Below are positions 29,201 to 41,827 of a stretch of DNA of 64,000 nt, piece after piece. Source of the stretch: Phoronis australis (lineage: Eukaryota > Animalia > Phoronida); the NCBI GenBank assembly GCA_002633005.1, contig NMRA01000565.1:209812-273811 (forward strand), read 5' to 3'. The position numbers and the translations under genes were made by a program. Every line of letters begins with the position of its first letter. Position 1 is the first letter of the stretch. The notes below the pieces were generated by a model that was given only the letters and a program-made list of their open reading frames with translations, ran no database searches and was not told where the DNA came from.

Positions 29201-32200
29201 ATCAAGAGAACCCATATCTCGTAGCTAAGACCAAACAAGTACACTGCATATAGAAGGCTTGTGCAAGTGGGGCGATGTGATCGATAAACTTCCGACCAAG
29301 CATGCACATTGATCCCCACACACGGAATTCCGTGTGTCGTTAATCATATTTCCACAGGCTCATTTTTCAATATAGGTGGCGCTGTGTCAGATCGTAATAT
29401 CTTCCCATGCTATTTTCCAAGTGTCAAGCGCAAGGTCTTGCGCGTCGCTCGGTCTCGCGCTAGCCGTTGCCTAACTCACGTGACAGAAATACTTTGTGGT
29501 TATCACGTGCTGACCAAGAAGTAGAGCTGGATCTACTCGCCAAAGTCACCTTAATTGACCAATCGCAAGCCCCCTTGTCGACTAACAAACAATGAGTTTT
29601 ACCCGACAACGTGTTGTTTGTCGGGTAAAATGGTTGCTTGGAAACGAAGGTGTGTCAATAATGATGCGTTCTAAATGGTCAGTTAAGCCGTCACTTAAAA
29701 TCCTGGCGATAGGGCAATTCTCGTAGCTTCATCGCACTTATGTGTAGAATCAGAAAGGATCATTGAAGAAACTAAACCCTTTTAAGGTGATAAATTTTAC
29801 GTGAAAGAATGCATTTTTGACGAGGTGAAAACTTAATCGGTGAGCAGATTTCGCTTACCGCCATTTTGTAATACACAGGGCGAAATTAGCACAGAAAGCG
29901 ACGGGAACTGAGTATTGAAGCTCCTAACCAGGCAACCGATGACTACGTGTTGCGCATGTACAGCGGACCATAACCCCCTTAGGTGCTTTTTACGTCGTGT
30001 GGCAAGCTAATTACATGTTTGAAGTGGACTCTTATTGGTGGTTGAGGCAACTGAGAACAGGCAAATAGGACAAAGAGCAATTCGTGTAATGCTTCGTAAG
30101 CAAAAACAGTTTTGGAAAAGATGCAATATGGATGCTGCAGAGTTCCAAATTTGGCCGAAAATGGCTTTTCAGCGAAAACCTTCAAAATAGACGTTTTGTC
30201 ACACAAAATCAAAGCATACAAATTTTAAAATGAAATTTGAAAGTCATGTCATGAAATTATTCAATTATGGTCCTTTAAAATTGTATCACTTATTTGGTAT
30301 CAGCTAGCTATACATGCTACATGTAGTAAAATGTAGGCGTCCAATTTTGTTGTAAAATGGAGGCACATGTGATAAACAAAGAATCAATGGATGAAAATTC
30401 TTAAAAAGCGAAATCTTTTTACATCTTAGCAAACCAAACTAATGCGTTAAGTATAAAAAACTGTGATTTTGGGTGTAGAATCTACCTATCGTTTTTTATA
30501 CGGAGTCACTCTTAGTGTGAAAAGAACAAACAAATTGAGAATAAAAACGAGTAACAATACTCAAAGCCTTTTCAACAACGCGTTATACATGTACAAGACC
30601 TTCATTTAGTACAGCTTCAGAATAATCTAACTTACCAGTCACCTCAATGGTCCCAGTTTCAGCTGACAAAGTAGCCTGCCTGTTGGACACGCTACACCTG
30701 AATTGTACACCGTCATCAGCTTCATCCAGGTTGACCGTCAGTCTACTGGTGCCGCTAGTTGTCCCATCTGCGTTGTAGATGGCATTGAAAGTAACATTCT
30801 CATTTATGTAAGTGTATGTAGCGTTACCAATCCAGCGTGACCACACCAAAGTAGCTTGAGGTTTGCCCAGGTTGGCTGTACACGTGAGGACAATCGGTCC
30901 TGCTCCACTAAGGACAGGTGGTGCCGGAGTTCCATTTATAGATGGCGTACCTGGAATTACTGACAAAACAACGGGATGAGATATGGAGCCGAATCTTCTC
31001 CAATCTGACTCGCAGATCAACCATCCTCCAAGTCGCCGCTTCCGTGGTTGATTTTTGTCGTAACCTACTTTCCAAAATTCTTAAAAGGCTTACTCAATAG
31101 CTAAACTATCAAATGATGGAATGCTAATTGCGAGGAGCATAACGTAATCCTGTTTTGGTGATTTTGTCATTAGGCAAATGTTGCTTCAGAACACTGTTCC
31201 TAGAATGTTTGATTAGACATTGATGGAAGTGGGCTTATTGAATTGAGATAAAAGTTTCAAAGGCAGAACCAAACTCACATTTTGCAAAGAAATTTCTCAA
31301 TCGGAGCTGATTCGAGGAACAGTTAAAATTAACGAATTGATCTGTTCAAAACGGCCATGCTGCGGAAAAAAACATTTTACTTTCAACTAGGATATATTTT
31401 TATTTAAGGTCAGAGTTCGGCGAAATCCCACTGCCAGTAGAGTATTTGATATTCAGAAATCTAAAATACTTGACAATTTTATTTGTCAAGCTTTGAAACG
31501 AAGAAAACGTTTACTGTGTAAGTAATCTTCCTTTTTGTATTTAACTGTGCTTGCATATAAGTTTTTCTAATTTTACTTTGGGCCCTGGCCTCGAATGCAA
31601 AAACGTTAAATAAAGTAAACTAGTCTTCTTGTGGCTCCAAACCTGTCATAGAGGGTAACTACAGTAAACTATACACTACTACACGCTCTCACAAAGTACA
31701 GACAACCATTCCAGAAAATTGTTTTTCAAGACCACAGTTCTCTTTGTTTTCTCAGGAGCTGGGATATCCATTTTTCATGCACAGTTATTTGGCGTTTTTT
31801 GGCAATATTGTTCTGCATTCTGTTGCAAAATCTTGAGTTTCAAAGAAACTGTACTTACAATCCACAACAAGCCAGCTCATTGAATATTTAGAAGCGTCAA
31901 CAATGTATACATCCGCAAGGTACAGACCGTCATCGTCAAGAGTAACATTGGACAGTGTAATGGTGAACTCAGTTTTTCCATGCGAGTAGTCCGTAGAGCC
32001 ACGAGCTGCATAGTCACCGTGGAACATTCCATCATAGACAGGTGGATTGGGTGGTACAGTGTAGGGGGCTTCAAACACAGCAGTGGAGACTTTCCAAAAT
32101 AACACCTTGCGAAAGATTTCACCACTCTCCAATGTATAACGTATCCTGAACGTAGCATTTCCACCATTAATGCCGATGATTTCACTAGGTGTAGTCACAG

Positions 32201-34767
32201 TAAGGGCAGAAACAGTGATATCTGAAAAGTGATAAACATCTTATACTCAGACGCACGATTGACATGACACAGATCCACTAATAGATGGTTTGCGTAAATG
32301 TGAACCAAGGCAAGCATTACACATCCATAGTCACTCTACTGTCACAATCACGCACTGAGTCAACCCATTCATTACCCAAGCATGGTATTCTTGTAAATAC
32401 AATAATTTGCTGTATATAAGGACACACTAGTTGATATTGTGAGTTGGTTTTTGTTTCGCCACTGTCTCAGTAATCTTGGGGTTATTGTTGAATGGGATAG
32501 ACTTCTTGAAGTTATTAGCTTTGACCAGAGCTATGACACAACCAAGTCCGCCGTATTTCTGTAATTTTGTTTCAAATTTTTGGAGTTGTCTGGCAGACAT
32601 TTGCTGAAATCAATACCGGCGTTTTTACCATTCACTCTTAAATTACTGGGAGATTTAATGCGTGGAGTTTTACTCAGCGGCAGAGCGTTCGGCTGCTACT
32701 GCCGGGTTAATAAATTCTATTCGAATTTTTATTTAGGCCAATTACGTTAAAGGAACTGGTTCAAGTTGTTCCTTAGCCAAATAGGGGTAATTTCTGAGTT
32801 GAGAAGAACTAAAAATTTGTGATGGCTCTAGACCAGGCACTACAAGTTGTCTTGGGGTGTCATTACATGCACCAAGCATGGTGTCCGACAATAAGGAAGT
32901 GTCACTTTTCCACGTCCAGAAAGCATTTCTCATATGAGTCACGGACACGTTGAGATCAAATTTTTAGCAGCCTAGACTATAGTACATGGACCGCCAACTC
33001 CATGTACGTTCAATGGACGAAATCTGTGCTCTTACAGAACCAATGACGTCATTATGCGCTGGCGACACCTGGACAAATTACCTGGTGTTATTTCCGGCAA
33101 GTAAGTCGTCTGCTAATCATAGTGGGCTGTTTTGTTGTCACAATTCACTACCCGGAAATAAAACGGATAATTTAGGAGATTGGCGCCTCCTCTAGGATAG
33201 TACGCAAGTTACTGTCGGAGTTGCGAATCTGTTGTCTATAATCTATGGTGGCAATAAGTGATCCAGCATCACAGGCACCAGATATGAGAGAGAAGATGAG
33301 TGCATGATTTGAGTAAAGCGTGTGATGTAGAGAAGACGGGAAGGAAAAACAACTGAAACAATTTTAAAACGTGCGGAATCACAGTCAGTGCTGTGTCTCA
33401 ACGCTACTGGTTTTTGACAGGGTATTAATTTTTAAAAGTACTGCATATCGCATAGGTAGTATTCTTGGCACATTAATAAAAACGTATTACACTAAATAGG
33501 CTATATAGTTGAATGGTCTTTATAGACCATTCAACTCTAGGAAGTTTATAAAATCACTTCCAAGGGTACTTGGGGGGTCAATATAATTATGATGGTTTTA
33601 GTGTCATTAAGTGATATACTTTAAGAATCTAGAAAGCTCCCGAGGTTTCCCACGTTTTCGAAAAATTTGGCATAGAAGATCAATCGTTAAAAACTAACAA
33701 CACTGATCATAAACAAAACGGTAATTTCACTTGGGTTTGTTCATTTGAAGTTACTAGAGAAGCAAAGTGATAAATATTATGAAAGTAGTTGGAAAGTGTT
33801 GAAAAATAAAAATAAAAAGAAATACTTTAGCAGTACCCCCCTGTTGTCCGAAAAACACACTATTGCATTCTGAGCTCATATCAAAAGAAGAATATTTTAT
33901 CCATGTGGAACTTGATAAAGATTCGATATCTAAATCAGTTGATGGATAACTTAACATTTCCAATGCTTCTTCAACGATCATCGCTTTCATTATAATTCGT
34001 AATTCTCATTATCCACATTGCCGCTCATTGTCAACTGGCCGTTGCGGGGAAGAGACATCGAATACAGTAATGTTCTGAGAGAGAGTCATGAACACACAAT
34101 GAGCACGACAGAATGTTGCCAATATTTTCCATACTGTTGCAGTTTTTAAAACATTTAACACAGCCCACACTTATTAAATGACTTCTTTAATATCATCAAC
34201 ATCGCCAGAAAAAAAAAGCTTTGACACTGTGTTCACTCACTCACCCAAACTGTACTTTTCATTTTCTTTTTAGGACATGAAAACCGATGGAAGCCATGAA
34301 ATATAAACAGAGGAATATAAATTTTGTCAACAAAAACCCAAGCGTTGAGCTATTCATGGGAAAGAAGTTCTCAGCTTTGTATATCTGCTTATTATACAGC
34401 ATCACTAACTCGCAAAAGATGATGCGCCTGAAAGGATGCGGATAAAATCGGTGGTCATGCTGGAATCTGGTTTAAAAGGCATGTTTTTGCCTGTGTGACA
34501 TAGCTTTTCATTGGGTAGACAAAGCCATATAAGGCAGACATTAACCAATAAAAGTAGCACTTACTTAATGCCTTAAAATGACCTTATTGGACACCTCATT
34601 ACCATAAGGCAAAGTGAAAGACAATAATACCAACGTTAACAACATACAGACCACTGTGGTGCACCGCCCATGTATTGTATCTGCTCACAAAAACAATACT
34701 GACCTTTCAAGGAGACTGTAACCACTAGGATGAAGACGGTCAACGACACAGTTGTCACGTGATTCAT
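7958..34767 (-). CDS. IgSF type I membrane receptor, copy A: spliced gene, 10 coding exons, ~585 aa (SP-IgV-IgC2-Ig-stalk-TM-Tyr-motif tail)
   Basis: Exons 34704-34767, 31859-32221, 30636-30959, 15766-16065, 15437-15487, 12925-13069, 11770-11869, 8882-8921, 8632-8706, 7958-8253. All junctions are GT..AG, intron phases 1,1,1,1,1,2,0,1,1 are compatible, and the total is 1758 nt = 585 aa + stop. Eight of the ten exons are conserved in copy B with the same splice sites. Confidence 0.85.
8632..8706 (-). CDS. Copy A exon 9: cytoplasmic (AVDGEQLATNSMEELSIDDLLVRLI)
   Basis: gtccag| and |gtaagt sites, 75 nt, phase 1-1; conserved at 45275-45349. Confidence 0.7.
8882..8921 (-). CDS. Copy A exon 8: 40-nt cytoplasmic micro-exon (VETEFTSAACGRP)
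   Basis: ttgttag| and |gtaagc sites, phase 0-1; conserved at 45519-45558. Confidence 0.75.
11770..11869 (-). CDS. Copy A exon 7: cytoplasmic (GICRSCAKRPARPSLHQTSEVASSAYVVTCTNKT)
   Basis: Strong polypyrimidine acceptor, |gtgagg donor, phase 2-0; conserved in copy B. Confidence 0.8.
12925..13069 (-). CDS. Copy A exon 6: transmembrane exon (VGITISLCAVIILLLAIMLILM-RRK)
   Basis: ttttcag| acceptor, ~22-aa hydrophobic run followed by a basic stop-transfer segment, GG|gtattt phase-2 donor; conserved in copy B. Confidence 0.85.
14021..14100 (+). mobile_element. End of a MULE-like element related to 21799-26782
   Basis: ggattgttctgaaacccct..cccctcgacccacaacccc matches the TIR at 21799. Confidence 0.5.
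15437..15487 (-). CDS. Copy A exon 5: 51-nt stalk micro-exon (AKPIIQRPAVGTHLPTP)
   Basis: attgcag| and |gtaagg sites; same length and phase in copy B (57441-57491). Confidence 0.7.
15766..16065 (-). CDS. Copy A exon 4: third Ig-like domain
   Basis: 300 nt, phase 1-1; VSLTC...PxPxxYSW...YVCFATN pattern; extra Cys pair CKTSTTQC. Confidence 0.85.
16279..17370. mobile_element. THAP-containing DNA transposon fragments (Kolobok-like)
   Basis: THAP N-terminus MPRCVVYGCSN..MHNFP..W.RFV at 16561(+) and a second degenerate THAP-like frame on the minus strand; begins where copy B has an empty TTAA site; right end not defined. Confidence 0.5.
19331..19486 (+). mobile_element. Short MITE family copy
   Basis: caggggcggatccaggattttgagtt...aaatccaccactg; flanks gctac/gcttc. 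Confidence 0.7.
22150..26420 (+). mobile_element. Degenerate non-LTR retrotransposon (LINE) ORF2: RT plus C-terminal zinc-binding region
   Basis: Motifs PAWFDSEC, DGIPAEFYK, KKGDKFNPNNY, QTGFRTG, FVDFSKAFD, GVRQGCVLSP, FADD, YKYLG and CxxC..EDExHF..CP; frameshifts and stops; ends approximate. Confidence 0.9.
23857..25538 (-). mobile_element. Non-autonomous Kolobok-like DNA transposon with THAP-domain remnant, inserted in the LINE
   Basis: TTAA TSD on both sides; TIR aggagaatgccaccc / gggtggcattctgct; THAP motif MP..C...P.C...SFFRLP...VCDRHF at ~25080-25370; LINE frame FSCRL|KWT rejoins across it. Confidence 0.8.
30636..30959 (-). CDS. Copy A exon 3: C2-set Ig domain
   Basis: 324 nt, phase 1-1; LTCTANLGKPQATLVW...TSRLTVNLDEADDGVQFRCSVSN fits the CD80/nephrin-like C2-set pattern. 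Confidence 0.9.
31859..32221 (-). CDS. Copy A exon 2: V-set-like Ig domain without the B-F cysteines
   Basis: cttttcag| acceptor and |gtaagt donor, 363 nt, phase 1-1. Motifs GGNATF (B strand), FW (C strand), FTITLSNVTLDDDGLY (E-F strands, DxGxY). Confidence 0.85.
34704..34767 (-). CDS. Copy A coding exon 1: signal peptide MNHVTTVSLTVFILVVTVSLK
   Basis: gccATG context, hydrophobic h-region, phase-1 donor AAAG|gtcagt that joins in frame to the V exon; candidate upstream acceptor at 34848-34849. Confidence 0.7.
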
Positions 34768-35207
34768 GGCCGTTAAACGGTGTTGTAGTCCGAAGAAGAT
34801 ACGGCCTATTTTGTGTACGCATAGGCACACCGCCCATACACTGTGACCTGAACATAGGAACGGTGTCGTTTGAGGTCACACTTTTTGTTAATTCGCAACA
34901 TTAATTCCTTAGTAGATCTACTGTATTACAAATGAGTGTCACACATCGGTGCCTGCGTAGCTAGCTACTGTAGGAGGGAACGACGAAATTTGCGCGAACA
35001 CTGTAAGTCTCATTTCGGTTTTCAGTCAACATCCCCTGTCTGTACAAACCTCCTGCCACCGCACCACATCGACAGATTCTCTCCAATCTCACACACCTCA
35101 ACCAATGTCATCCATAAAGTTTTTTATTAACCGGTCGTCGTCTTACTGATTCAATAAACAAAACTTCCCTCGTGAGGCGTGTCTGAACTGCCCGTGTGCG
35201 GCAACTA

Positions 35208-35353
35208 CAAGGGCGGATCCATGACTGAGTTGGGGGGGGGGGCAGTGTAGAATATTAGACAGAATTTTGCACCCCCGAACTGCCAAGCGGAATCTGGGAG
35301 AATTTTAGTTGGCCATGACACCATGCATTGGTCCCACTCTAAATCCGACACTG
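35208..35353 (+). mobile_element. Short MITE family copy
   Basis: caagggcggatcc...aaatccgacactg. Confidence 0.6.
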
Positions 35354-38300
35354 CACTCCACTGCAGATAGTTGACTGTCAGTTAGTACGATGCATTCATG
35401 ACAAATTCAATGTCCCTTATGATAACGTCAACAACGAATAAGCAACAAAAAACGCACGCACTGGTAATATGAGAAGTTCCATATCACGTGTCAATAGTCT
35501 GATGATTCACAATGTACTTACAGCACATTCATTTGTCGCACACGATCACAAAATTCAATTGTTATGAGAAATCCACTACCGGCCAAGTGAAGCAATCAAC
35601 GCGAGTAAATTATTCGCCCCGAATATCTAGCATGTGAAAGAGTTGATGTAATCATACAACTCGCAGTTCCCCACAAATCCATGAAGATTCTACAGGTGAA
35701 AAAATGGCTACGAGACGAAAAATCCTCGGGGTGGTTTGTTAAGAACTTAGAAAGTTATAGCAAGCACAGGTATACACGTATCGAATAGATCATTTATACA
35801 TACATGTAATCTCAGGTAAGTTTCGTGACTCAATGAGATGAGAAAACAATGTAAAACGTTGATTAAAAACCGAATTTCGTGTGACTTAATAAAAAGTGTG
35901 ATTGAACAGTCCTGTTGCAGCCATATTAGTAGCATGCATACAGTGTTGTGATCAAAAGCTCGCTTACCTGCTCAAAAAAGTTACTTTCTCACATCACTCA
36001 ACGCTGTAGTTTCTCCGTGAAGTAACAGTGAGCATTATTAGTGTTGGGATTAGGCTTCTCGGGACCTTTGAGCTATAACACATGAAGATTCTCCAGTGAC
36101 ACCCTGAAACTAATTAACAATTTGATTAAAAGTTTTAAAGAAAACATCGTTTAGGAAAGTGAATGTAACTTACGAACATCAAACTGCACAGGGTAGATCT
36201 TATTACGAAGTTAGTTGGGCTCTTTCAACACCCTCGTCGCCACGGTCTCGGATCGAGCCAGCGAATTCAAGACGTCGAGGCAAGGCCTGTTTTTTGTGGG
36301 ACCTTCTCGAGACGCAGCGCCTGCAATGGCTAAAATGCATTTACTCTATATTATGTGTAGCCCATGACATGACAGAATATGAACTATAGTTTAAAATCAA
36401 ACTCAGAAAAAGGGCAAGATAAAACTAACCATAGTTGACGGGATGAACGTACCCCAAGAAGGCAAACCAATGCAAGGTCTGAACAAATAACGAAAGCGAC
36501 CACACAATGCCTTCATCATGTGACGTGTTTTAATATTTCTTTAGACTCGGGTCCTCGTAGCAGGGACATGACCAACATGACAACATGGCGGCTTGTTTTT
36601 TTCAGCCAAATGTGTAGGCTGAGAAAAAGCATACCGAAGAGAGGTAAATTTATGTGGCATTAGTCTGTACATGTTTTTAACGCACACCTTCCTTGTGCGA
36701 TGTTATTCGAAGAGTACACTTCCCTGATAGGAAATTTTATCAAACCTTTGTTGAGGTTTATCAAAAGCGTATCCAGTTTCAGAACAGTACCTTTAGTATA
36801 GACCGAAGAAAGAACAACACAGCACGCCGTTATTGAACATTTTTCTTATTGTAGGTGAGCTCTACCTTACGACGCGCTATTGAGCGTCTAGAAACGTAAA
36901 CCGCTCACTGGATTAGAGACCAATTATCAAAAATGTTTGCCTATGTTTCTATGGTTTTGTATTATCTAAAGAGGCGTAGCCTAACAAATCGGTAGTTCCA
37001 AATCACCAGTCAAAGATTCTTTTCTTTCAAAATTTCATCCGCAGGAAATGATATGCCGCTACGTATACACGGTGTAAACGTGAATTACATACCATTTAAA
37101 ACATCACGACGTGCATTCTGAACGAATGGCTATTGATTGAAAGGTACAGCAAGTGTTACAGACATATTCTATCAGGGTCTAAATTACCGGAAAATTAAAA
37201 AATAGCGACGCATAGTACTCCAAGGTTCTAGATACCAGTCACGAAACCTTGTTCGGGTACCTGTATGAAGCGCAACACACATGTACAAAGCAGGTCGTTG
37301 GGTAAGTTTACTCACGAAAACCAAACAGCTTTATCAGCGGGTGAAAATAACAGGGTAGAGTTCAGTAGACAGTGGACCTACATGTACGTTTGGAGCTCGC
37401 TAAAATTTAGCCAAAATTACATGTTCTCATTTAAAATGCACGACAATGTCACGTAACACCACGAAGTCTTGCTTCTTAGCGAGGTCCTAGCGTTAGTGAA
37501 CTCTACCCACAACTATATGTGACTAGTATTTAAACTTGACTGCAAAATTTATATATCTGGTATAACTGTTCAGAAAGTATTTTCCAGTTTTGGTCCAAAT
37601 TAGAAAGACGCCATGCATTGCTCTACTTTCTTTGCAATCTTCTTTTGTGTCTTGGCAAACTTCCAGGGGTCCGTGTCATGAAATGTGGTCTTACGACTGT
37701 TTGTGAAAAATAATTTTAAAAGTCTCAATTTGGCAAAAGCGCAGTCTCTGAAAATAAACACATAACCGTTAAGTTACTGGGGGTATAGATTATAAATTGT
37801 TTTTTCACTGTGAGCGCTGATAATTGTTAGACTGAACGTTTTTTCATTATCTTTGAAGTGGGAGCCAAAGAACAAATTCTGTCTGAGTAGTTAGGTTCTG
37901 TATATTTTAAATTTCTACGCTTTGATTAGCATTTCAAACCTCCTTGGTTTAGTAAGGCCAAAAATCTTTTACAGTTCAAGTCTGTAGTTGTTTTCAAAAG
38001 CGATGCGGTTTTTCGAACACAAAAACACACAAGACTTTTGTTATAGTTAAAGCTATTAAATAACTTAAAGAAGTCAACTTTCCACAAAATAACCCAAAAA
38101 TGCGTTTTTAGCTAAAAACCAACTGTGAACTTTTGAAAACTAACATGGGTCCATGTGTGAAGCTGTTGAAAAATGTATGAAGACGTGCTTTTTTTCTTGT
38201 TTGTTTTTGAGATATCATGCGCAGCTTTAGAAGCATTCTATAGGAATTATGACAATATATTTTAGGCAATCTTTGTAAAGGCATATCATATCATGTCAAA

Positions 38301-40544
38301 AATGTACAATTTTCATGTCTAAGCTCCTTCGACAAGAATGTCCTGCATCATCGACAAAGCCATTATTTCGAAGTATTTGACCACAGACAAGTCGGTTGAA
38401 AGAATGCGCATTCCCATTCCCACATGCTCCTTCGAAGTATTCTAAAAGTTCTATTATTCTATGCCATAACCTCGTACTCGCCCTAGGTTATCTTCTACAC
38501 TTGCAGCATTCAGTTCGTTATACTCTTCATGTGAATCTACCGCGCTCTTTACCAGTTCTTCATCAACGGGAGGTTGTGTCAAATTGACGTAAGGTACGTC
38601 ATCTGTTCGTTGATAAGCGTAAGCTTGTATGCCTGAGAAGGCGCCATCTTGACACTGACAATCGTCAATTCGCTCATGTTCACCCGTCTTCCTGACCTTT
38701 TTGTAGCGTAATTCTGAAAATATCCGGGTCTGAAGACGATTTTAGTGACAAAATCGTTTATTGGAATGGGGATTTGGAACACCTAAGCAAACCTATGCAC
38801 ACCCACCCCTGTAGGTTAACACGAACATTTCGCAACTCTTTGAAGCTGTACATTTATATTTCCTAGCCAATTTCCTAACCTATTAGCCTGGATACCAAAT
38901 CTCCAATAGTAAGCCTTCGTAGAGAGTTCATGTTTACTTTTCCTCTTTTTACTGCTAGAGTGTGCACTTGCCGTCCATGCTAGTCAAGCAGAGTCGCAAT
39001 GTTTGCATCTAAAACTGAAGCTTACTTTCAATGACACACTGAAAAATACTTCAGAGCACGAGTATTTTGAAGACACTGTTTCAGCATTATTTTAGTTAAA
39101 ATCTTCATAAAACAGATTTTAACGCAGGTTTGTTCAGTCGAAGCTAGTGCACATTCAAATATTTTCAAAGTTAACTGAATTTAACATGAGTTTGTAGTTT
39201 AATTTGCTTTTAGTTTTGCACTACTACCTAAAATAGCCTCTGGAGTAACGACTCATGTGTTATGGTTGCTTACTGGACTTCCGCCATACGCAATGGAAAA
39301 TCTTTTTGAAACTAATAATAAAATACGGCAAGGCAGGGTCGAAAATTACCAAATGTTTATATTTTAGTGACGCCTTCCGACTGACGAAATTCATCCTGTG
39401 TTGTAAATTGTTGAATATAGAGGAGATAATATCTTTAAAACAAACAAACTAACAAGTACCCAAACAAGAAAACCAATTACTAAATCTGAAAGCCAGCAAG
39501 CTTTGTCAGAAATAAAATTTCCAAAAAATAGAATATCTATTACCAGTTAGTTCCCTGAAACCAGTACTCATTAATTCCATATCCACTTTCAAGTACAATT
39601 TCTTAAAATTAAGATGGTTCAATGAACGAACTTTTTAACTCACCATTTGAAAATTGTTGGAAACGCACTGAAATGGACTCATCTCTTTATCGGTAGCCAT
39701 GAACAAAACCGTTGAAAAATGACCCCCCCTGACAAACTCTCAAACGTACGGCTAACACGTTTTCAACAGCAGCCATGGGTCATCTTCAATGTGAAAAGGT
39801 GGCCAATATAGGTTTTCACGGGGTTAAATATGTATTGTTTCACCGGCTCACTTCATGGCAACAATAGGGGAGTATGGCAATGAAACTTCAACGCCAGTCC
39901 TTTAACAATTCTACATGGACAGCCCACTTCGTAAATGAAATGACAACCCCTAGCTTGAAAAGTGACCTTGATCGTGTGACATTGTGGAGCGCCATGGAGG
40001 TCACCCTTCAGTTATCGAGTTTCAGCTGATACGTCACCATATTAATTTTTGGCGTTCCTGTTATCATTTTGCAGTTCTCCTCCTCAATTTTCCTTTAGTG
40101 TCCCATTTTGAAGTAGCGCCCTCTAGGCGTGGAAGACGAAACTCCGTTCATCTCACTGCCAATGCTTGACGGCAGGTCTGGTTAGTTATACAAAACCGAT
40201 CCTGAAACCCCCTCGGGTATAGCTGTACCAGTGACAGGATTTCAATGCAAGTTTCGACAGACCAACGAAGCCATTTTACATTTGCCGCACTAAATATAGA
40301 TGCTAGTAAAGAAAGACTCGGCGGAGTCACACCCGATCAAATGGCACAACGAAGCCATCAAGACTCTCGAACAATCCGCCACTGGTTGCAGTGGTTTAAG
40401 TTTGATACTTGTTTCGTGATCGTCTTGTCGTCATGCCATGAAATCGGGGAGAGGCTACATGGAACAATAAAACATCTGGTAGGGGCCGGCAGTGCAGACG
40501 TGGGGTCATCAAGCGCAAACTCTATGACTGGTCTTACAAATGGA

Positions 40545-41827
40545 AGATGAAAAATGTGTTGATCTTATATTTTCTACGTTCAAACAAATCCAATGCTGCA
40601 ATTATCACTCAATGGGAAAGCTGTTCCCAGTAAGTTCACAAAAAACATCTTGGCTTGCTACTAGACCATAAGCTTACATTTACTCCTCATTGTCGCGAAC
40701 TCGTTCATAAAGTACAAAAATTAATTAATCCAATTAGAATTGTCTCTCGTCATCTCAACTCCAGGCATCTTGAAAATCTTGTCAAGTCTTTTGTACTTCC
40801 ACATCTAGATTACTGTGACATAATTTACCAATCGGCAAACGCTGGCATCCTTCTTCAATTAGAAAGACTACAATACCAAGCAGCTTTATCCATAACAGGG
40901 GCATACAAAGGGTCCAACACAATCAAGGGTCTAAATAGTCTCAGCTGGAGCAAACTAGCAACCCGTCGTAAACTCCACCTGTCCATGTATACGTTCAAAG
41001 TCTTAACCAACATAAACAATTATTCAAACAAAATCCTCTTTGACTCCTACAAAAGACCAAACACGAGACCAGGTTTGTAGCAAAGTAATATGCACACTAT
41101 TCCATCTTCCCTCAGTCAAGCCTTCAGGAGATCAACGATATTAACTTGTATTGACAACTGGAATTTCTTACCATACAAAATAAAAGAAAGCACTTCAATT
41201 GTCACTCAAAAATAACATTAAAATGCATACCACAACTCAAGACTTGCCAGTCCCATTGACATCATTCCAAATTCCTCGCAACCATAAAATAAACCTATAC
41301 AGATCAAGATGCGGTCTATTCATAAACAACGAGAAATTTAAATATAATTTTAATAATATTTCGCCTCTGTGTTCCTGTGGAGACACCCAGTCAAATGCTC
41401 AAGTTTTCTTTGCTTGTGAGGTATGCAAGGAGTAGAGGGTAAAACTTTTCCGAACAATACCCCAATGTTTACAAAAAATATTCTGAAATTCCACAATTGT
41501 ACAATTTTTTTTCTATATGGATGTCAAGAACTAAACCCAAATGAAAGTACGGTTTTATTCGAAATAACATCAAAATTTCTTTATAACATTAAATATCTTT
41601 GTGCGTGTGGATAGAAATGTATACATGTGTGTGAAAATTAATTTACATTCGTAATCATATATCATTGTATTCTTGACATCATTTCTTTTAATTTATGTAT
41701 TTGTGTGTAATAATTGTATAAAGACTTCTTTGTATTTTTCATCTCAGATATTATGCCTCTTGGCGCTTTCTGGGTTATTTATATTCATTGTATTCTGAAG
41801 ATTTCGTAATAAACATTACTAAAAAAT
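40545..41827 (+). mobile_element. 5'-truncated LINE 3' end (CR1/L2-group)
   Basis: HLGLLLDHKLTF..SFVLPHLDYCDIIY..LERLQYQAA..ITGA..LSWSKLATRR; SPLCSCG..Q...FFAC; AT-rich 3' UTR ending aataaa..aaaaaataat; absent in copy A. Confidence 0.8.

Noticed and set aside
33400-34170. Possible piggyBac-like remnant (MIVEEALEML..DLDIES)
   Set aside because: No convincing TTAA-CCC termini or catalytic motifs.
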